From a candidate division FCPU426 bacterium (lineage in GTDB: Bacteria > Oederibacteriota > Muellerivitia > Muellerivitales > Muellerivitaceae): a stretch of DNA of 64,000 nucleotides. How positions within the stretch are numbered: position 1 is the stretch's first letter; every line of letters begins with the position of its first letter. Positions 58,771 to 64,000 of this stretch are shown piece by piece. The notes beneath the pieces are model-generated. The model made no database searches and was not told the origin of the DNA. It worked only from the letters and a program-made list of their open reading frames with translations. The stretch lies in the NCBI GenBank assembly GCA_963719085.1, contig CAVRAL010000004.1:1152001-1216000 (forward strand). The letters run 5' to 3'. The translations under genes were made by a program, and so were the position numbers.

Positions 58771-58804
58771 ATTTGGCGGCGAATTCTTTAAAAGCGAGAC
58801 AAAG

Positions 58805-60904
58805 TTGAGAAAACGGCTTGGCTTAAAATGGGTGTTTCCGGGGTTGGCGGTTCTTTGTTTTTTTACCGCCGAAAACGGCCGGTCGGATGATTTTTCGAAG
58901 TCCTTAGGGATGGATTTCAACGCGGGCCGATTCGCCCAAGTCGAGGACAGCCTCCAGAATTCCTTGGACCAAAATCCCGCCCAGCCCCGGCTGTGGCTGG
59001 AATTGGGCGCTTTGCGGCAGGCCCGGGGGGACAACGCCTCGGCCTTGGCCGCCTATCAGACCTGCCTTTCAAAAGTTGATTCTTTTCCCGTGGCGCTGGA
59101 TGACGCCAAGACGCTGCTGCGCCTCGCCCGGCTGAAGGACGCCGAGGCGGCCTATTTAAAATTAAACGCCCAGCAGCCGGACAATCCGGAGGTCCTTTGG
59201 GGATTGGCGCAGGTTAAAAATTACGAGTCTCAATGGATTCATTACAAAAAATTCGCCGATCGGCAGGCCGACCGGGTTCAAGCCCAGAGCTGGCTTTTAA
59301 AGACCGTCCAGGTCGAGCCTTCCTTCGCCCTGGCCTTTTGGCAATTGGCCGATGTGTCCCGCCGCTTGGGCGATGACAAGACGGCCTTGTGGGCCTATGA
59401 GCAAACCCTCAAGCTGGACGGCAGTTTCAAGGAAGCCCACCGGCATATCGCGGAGCTCCTGGCCAAGCATAAAGATTTCAAAGACGCCCTGGCCAAATAC
59501 GACCAAGCCCTGGCCATCGACCCGAATGATTTGGCGTTAAAAAAAGAGGACCAGCGGGTGGCGGAGCAGGTACCCGAGCAGGCGGGTGAGCGCCGTGAGG
59601 CGCGGCTGGCGCAATGGGAAAGTTTTAAGCCGCCGGCGGCGTCTTATCTGCCTGATTCTTCCGTGACCATCCGGGTGGGGTTGGCCCGGGGTTTGGGACG
59701 GCTTCATTTTAAATGCGACAGCGATTTGTCCGTCACGACGCCCGCGGGCACGGCGGTTACCGTTTTGCCCGGCGGCGGGGAATACAAGATTGTTTATGAC
59801 TCGGCGGGCAAATCGCCCACGGGTTCGGAGCGGTGGCGGCTGGAAACCGAGCATGGCAAGCTTTTGCTGGCCTTCAGCAACCGGCTTTGGTTCATCCCTT
59901 CGGACAAACAAAAAACCATCGCCTTGCACGCGCTTGTGTCCAACGCCGGTTATTTTTTCGCCCGGGAACAGGACAAGGCTTACCGGGGCATCCTTGAGAT
60001 TTATCCCAAGCCCGGGTCAGGGTTCCAGGTCGTGAACCGGGTGACCCTGGAGCAATATCTGGGGGGCGTGGTGCCCTCCGAGATGGTCTCGTCTTGGCCC
60101 GCGGCCGCCCTTCAAGTGCAGGCCATCCTGGCCCGCACTTACGTGCTTTCCAAGATGGGCCGACACGAATCGGAGGGGTTCGACGTCTGTGATAGCGTGC
60201 ATTGCCAAGTTTATGGCGGGATCGGGGCCGAGAATATCCATTCCAACGAGGCGATCCTCAAAACCGCGGGCGAGGTTTTGGAGGCCCACGGCCATATTTT
60301 GCCGGTGGCTTTCTCCGCCCAATGCGGCGGACACACGCAGGATTACCAAGAAGCCTGGGGCGCCAAGGTGCCGGTTATCGGCGTCCGGGATGACGCGCCG
60401 GGCGAGAATCCGGACATGGATTTTCCGCTGTCGCCTTATTCCTTGGAAACCTGGATCCATGAGGACCGCCCGTCCTATTGCCGGATCCCGGGGCTCAAGG
60501 GATACCAAAATTACCGCTGGGTGGTGGTGGTGCCGGCGGCCGATCTTTCGGCCAAGGCCCCCAAATTGGGGAAAATCAGGCGGTTGGTGGTGGAACACCG
60601 CTCCAGCGCGGGTTGGGCCGACCGGCTTTTAGTGGAAGGGGATTCGGGAAGCCAAGAGCTGAAGGGGGATGTTATCCGTAGTTTTTTAGGCGGGATTCGG
60701 AGTAATCTGATTTGGATCGAGACCCAGTTCAACCCCCAAGGCTGGCCGGAAGCTTTCATCATTTACGGCGGGGGTTGGGGCCATGGCGTGGGTCTCTGCC
60801 AAGTGGGAACTTTGGGGATGGTGAGGCAAGGTAAAAGCGTGGAGGATGTTTTGAAACATTATTTCCCCCTGGCGAGTTTGGAAAAACTGCCCGCGAATCC
60901 GTAA
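58805..60904 (+). CDS. SpoIID/LytB lytic transglycosylase with N-terminal TPRs
   Basis: YRG, VN...EQYL.GVVPSEM, QAILARTY, CQVYGG, GGWGHGVGLCQ. Confidence 0.92.
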   Translation: MRKRLGLKWVFPGLAVLCFFTAENGRSDDFSKSLGMDFNAGRFAQVEDSLQNSLDQNPAQPRLWLELGALRQARGDNASALAAYQTCLSKVDSFPVALDDAKTLLRLARLKDAEAAYLKLNAQQPDNPEVLWGLAQVKNYESQWIHYKKFADRQADRVQAQSWLLKTVQVEPSFALAFWQLADVSRRLGDDKTALWAYEQTLKLDGSFKEAHRHIAELLAKHKDFKDALAKYDQALAIDPNDLALKKEDQRVAEQVPEQAGERREARLAQWESFKPPAASYLPDSSVTIRVGLARGLGRLHFKCDSDLSVTTPAGTAVTVLPGGGEYKIVYDSAGKSPTGSERWRLETEHGKLLLAFSNRLWFIPSDKQKTIALHALVSNAGYFFAREQDKAYRGILEIYPKPGSGFQVVNRVTLEQYLGGVVPSEMVSSWPAAALQVQAILARTYVLSKMGRHESEGFDVCDSVHCQVYGGIGAENIHSNEAILKTAGEVLEAHGHILPVAFSAQCGGHTQDYQEAWGAKVPVIGVRDDAPGENPDMDFPLSPYSLETWIHEDRPSYCRIPGLKGYQNYRWVVVVPAADLSAKAPKLGKIRRLVVEHRSSAGWADRLLVEGDSGSQELKGDVIRSFLGGIRSNLIWIETQFNPQGWPEAFIIYGGGWGHGVGLCQVGTLGMVRQGKSVEDVLKHYFPLASLEKLPANP

Positions 60905-60914
60905 AGGAGAATCC

Positions 60915-61478
60915 GTGAAAAAGCTTTTTTTCATTTTACTGTTCCTGTCCTTCGGGCTGACGTCCTGCCGGACCCTAGGAACGGATTTGGGGCTCGTGCA
61001 CCTCACCGACCTCCAGCAGCGGGAAGGCCCCACGGGAACCCTGGCCCAACCGGCCCCGCTCGATCCTTTCAAAAGCTATGACTTGGTCATGGCGGCCAAC
61101 GAATGCCGCTATTTCCAGATGAACCTGCCGGAAGGATGGTATTGGAAGTTGTTCGTGACCGCGGTCAACCGCTCGAAGGATACCTCCGGGGTCCTGAAGG
61201 CCGGGGTGCTTCCCTCGACGCCCGCGTGGGACGCGGTGCCGCTTTGTGTTTCCCAAAAAGAGTTCGACTTAAAAACCGAGGGCGAAGAGGAAGTTTTGGG
61301 CGTGTCCAATAAAGGCCCCACCCGCCCGGCGGTTTTGGAATTGTGCCAGGAAGGCTCGCCCATCCGGGTCACCTTGAAAAGCGAGGTGTCGCCGATCAAT
61401 GGCGAGCTCATGAGTCCCTTGGGCATGAAACTGCCCGTTCGTTTACCGGGAACCTCTTCCGCGTTCGCGGGGGAATAA
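60915..61478 (+). CDS. Hypothetical lipoprotein
   Basis: AAGGAG SD, GTG start, LTSC lipobox. Confidence 0.7.
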   Translation: MKKLFFILLFLSFGLTSCRTLGTDLGLVHLTDLQQREGPTGTLAQPAPLDPFKSYDLVMAANECRYFQMNLPEGWYWKLFVTAVNRSKDTSGVLKAGVLPSTPAWDAVPLCVSQKEFDLKTEGEEEVLGVSNKGPTRPAVLELCQEGSPIRVTLKSEVSPINGELMSPLGMKLPVRLPGTSSAFAGE

Positions 61479-61481
61479 ACC

Positions 61482-61943
61482 TTGCCCCTTTACTTCGCCT
61501 ATGGAACCAGCCTGCACCGGGCTCAAATGGAGCGGCGCATGATGGGCAACAAACCCGTGACCCGGGGCTACCTGCGGGGTTTTCGGCTGGCCTTCATGGG
61601 CCACTCGGTGGAACGCAAGGGCGCGGTGGTGAACTGCCTGCCCGATCCGGACCGGTTCATCCCCGGAACGCTTTATGATTTAAATGAGGTCATGATCGCG
61701 TATTTGGACCGATGCGAGGCCTGTGAAAAAGGAACCTACCAAAAACTCGACGTGATCATTGAAAAAGACGACGGCGAGAAGGTGGCGGCGGTTTGCTACC
61801 AGTTGGCCATGCCCGACCCGCCCTTTGGGAAACCCAATCTGGGCTATCAAATGCAGGTCAAGCAAGGCTATAAGGAATGGGGATTGCCCGAGGAAGTTTT
61901 GGAAGAAGCCTTGAGGTGGAGCGAAGAAAAAATTTCTTCCTGA
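61482..61943 (+). CDS. Gamma-glutamylcyclotransferase family protein
   Basis: YFAYGTS..QM.RR, LD..E, Y..GY..WGLP. Confidence 0.85.
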   Translation: MPLYFAYGTSLHRAQMERRMMGNKPVTRGYLRGFRLAFMGHSVERKGAVVNCLPDPDRFIPGTLYDLNEVMIAYLDRCEACEKGTYQKLDVIIEKDDGEKVAAVCYQLAMPDPPFGKPNLGYQMQVKQGYKEWGLPEEVLEEALRWSEEKISS

Positions 61944-62095
61944 AAAGTACCCAGTTTGAGTAAAAATAAAAAAACCGTCCAACTATTGGTCGGTCCCGCT
62001 GACGCCCTCCGCTTTAAATCCGTTTAAACCCGCCAAAAAAGTTTGGTACGGCCTTTGCTTTTAGCTTCCGTGGATTTCATCCCACGGAGGAAAAA

Positions 62096-62416
62096 ATGCC
62101 CGTTAAAAATGTCGAAGCTTATCAGGAGCTCGAAAACCAACTTTCGCGCTTGCGGACCCATTACGATTATTTTGAGGGATCGGAGGCCAAGGAAGTGTTG
62201 GAGTGGGCCCGGTTTTTCCAGAAGTGGAGCAAGCAGGCCTCGAACCAGGGTTTTTCCTGGGCGCGCCTCCATTTTCAACAGGCCAATTTTTTAGTCTCGG
62301 AGTTTTCCGGACGAAAAACCACGATTCGCGCTTACGAGACTTTGCGCCGGTTGATGGACGAGGCGGCGGAAGACCTGCGGGGGGAAAGCGCCCAATTTGA
62401 GGAAAAGAGCCGGTAA
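62096..62416 (+). CDS. Hypothetical helical protein
   Basis: GGAGG SD; 106-aa ORF. Confidence 0.65.
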   Translation: MPVKNVEAYQELENQLSRLRTHYDYFEGSEAKEVLEWARFFQKWSKQASNQGFSWARLHFQQANFLVSEFSGRKTTIRAYETLRRLMDEAAEDLRGESAQFEEKSR

Positions 62417-62486
62417 TTAAAGGGGAATTGCCCGCCTTGGATCGCTTGTTTAGCGGTTGGAATGAGTGTGTTAAAATCGCCCGGTT

Positions 62487-64000
62487 ATGGACCATTTTAA
62501 CGAAAAACTCCTGGACCAAATTCCGGAAGGTTTAGCGGCTTTCGATTTAGAAGGCCGGTTTATCTTTTGGAATAAAACCCTTCAAGCCTTGACCGGACTT
62601 GCCCCGTCGAGCGTTTTAGGCAAAAAGTTTTTTGAGCTTTTCCCCGACTTTAAAGTCAAAAACCAGGATTTCCACCTCCGGGAAGCCTTCGCCGGACGCT
62701 CGGCCCTGGCCCATCATTTTCCCTTCGGCGATATTCAGGATCCCCAACTTTTCTTCGAGACATTTTACGGCCCCTTAAAAAACGAGGCCGGTCAGGTGAC
62801 CGGCGCGGTGGCGCTGGCGCGCGACCTGTCAGAGCGCATGAAAGAACTGCGCCTTTTGGAAGACCGGGAAAAGAGGCTTCGGCAATTTTTTGAGATCGCC
62901 GAGGAAGCCATCATGGTCCACGAACAGGGCGTGATCCGGGACGTGAACCCGGCCTTGGCGCGTATGCTGGGTTATGGGCCCGAGGAGATGATCGGCCGTC
63001 CCGTTTCCGATTTTTCCGATCCCGTCTCAGCCAAAAAGACCCAAACCTATCTGGCGGTGGGCTACCCGGAGGGCACTTATGAGTACTTGGCCAAACGCAA
63101 GGACGGAACCACCTTTCCCATGGAGGTCCGGGGCCGGGATTTTGAGATCGGGGGAAAAACCTTGCGGGTTTCCACGGGATGGGACATTACTTACCGTAAA
63201 AAAATAGAGCGGGCGATCCAAGAAAGCGAGGAGCGCTTCAAACGATTCGCGGAGATCACCCGGGAAGGCATCCTGTTCCACAAAGACGGGAAAATCCTGG
63301 ACGCTAACCAAACTTTGCTCGACTTGACCGGTCGAACGGCGTCCGAAGTGGTCGACAAGAACAATTTAGACTTCATGACCGAGGAATCGATCGAGAAAGT
63401 CCGCCGGTTCCGAGGCGAAGGTTATCCGATACACCCTTACGAGGTGACCCTGCGCCACAAAGACGGGACCTTGATTCCCGCGGAAGCCTTGGGCCGTTAT
63501 TTCACGCTCGACGGGGAACAAGCCCGGGTGGTCAGCGTTTGGGACATCCGGGACCGTAAAAAAGCCGAGGACGCCTTGCGCCAGTCCGAGGAAAAGTTCC
63601 GCAGCCTCATCGAGAATTCACTCGACATGCATTCGCTGATTGACGCCGGTGGCCGGGTGATTTACGACAGCCCCTCGGTCCAAAAGGTCATGGGGTTTCC
63701 GCCGGAAGAAAGGCTGGGCCGCGATTATTTGAGGCATGTGCATCCGGAGGACAAGCCGCGAATCGCGGAATTGATCGGGGAGACGTTGAAAGCGCCCGGA
63801 ATGACCGTGGCCGCCGAGTTCCGGGCCCTGCGCGCGGACGGCCAGTGGCATTTGATGGAAGGCTCGGCCACCAACCTGCTCGATCATCCGTCGGTGAAAG
63901 GCATTGTGGCCAACTTCCGCGACATCACGGAGCGAAAGGCCGCCGAGGAGGCCCTGCGCAAGTCGGAGGCCAAGTTCCGCAGCTTGATCGAGAATTCCTA
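62487..64000 (+). CDS. Multi-PAS sensor protein (runs off the window end; absent from the ORF track)
   Basis: MDHFNEKLLDQIPEGLAAFDLEGRFIFWN...; repeated DIT/DIRxRK..E..LR.SE..FR linkers. Confidence 0.88.
   Translation, partial: MDHFNEKLLDQIPEGLAAFDLEGRFIFWNKTLQALTGLAPSSVLGKKFFELFPDFKVKNQDFHLREAFAGRSALAHHFPFGDIQDPQLFFETFYGPLKNEAGQVTGAVALARDLSERMKELRLLEDREKRLRQFFEIAEEAIMVHEQGVIRDVNPALARMLGYGPEEMIGRPVSDFSDPVSAKKTQTYLAVGYPEGTYEYLAKRKDGTTFPMEVRGRDFEIGGKTLRVSTGWDITYRKKIERAIQESEERFKRFAEITREGILFHKDGKILDANQTLLDLTGRTASEVVDKNNLDFMTEESIEKVRRFRGEGYPIHPYEVTLRHKDGTLIPAEALGRYFTLDGEQARVVSVWDIRDRKKAEDALRQSEEKFRSLIENSLDMHSLIDAGGRVIYDSPSVQKVMGFPPEERLGRDYLRHVHPEDKPRIAELIGETLKAPGMTVAAEFRALRADGQWHLMEGSATNLLDHPSVKGIVANFRDITERKAAEEALRKSEAKFRSLIENS

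Noticed and set aside
63570..64000. ~45-bp imperfect direct repeat
   Set aside because: Ordinary repeated PAS linker coding sequence (LRxSExKFRSLIENS)

Overview
Moderately GC-rich bacterial chromosome segment, probably from a diderm lineage (TolC, beta-barrel). The Pro/Thr-repeat proteins with FlgD-Ig ends suggest a candidate-phylum genome, but this is inference only. Core content: TPR-ispE, tRNA-Gln(UUG), kdpFABCDE, glmU-prs-rplY-pth, an ECF sigma/anti-sigma/TetR/TolC/RND block, comEA and comEC, HU, SpoIID-TPR and a truncated multi-PAS sensor, interleaved with accessory genes. I see no integrase, transposase, CRISPR array or rRNA. The most interesting signals are non-coding. (1) Downstream of an unusual Zn-ribbon/TPR sigma54 activator is a complete candidate sigma54 transcription unit: enhancer palindromes, a -24/-12 promoter, a ~90-nt RNA and a terminator. 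The RNA exposes an anti-Shine-Dalgarno plus anti-AUG seed. (2) Downstream of the HI0933 flavoprotein gene are two tandem, synonymously diverged copies of the gene's own C-terminal codons, each preceded by a homologous hairpin, resembling serial 3'-end replacement by a ~100-bp element. (3) At least 13 intergenic palindromic elements in four families, three of which carry a conserved nested two-hairpin module. All calls come from reading the sequence and protein motifs; no searches were run.
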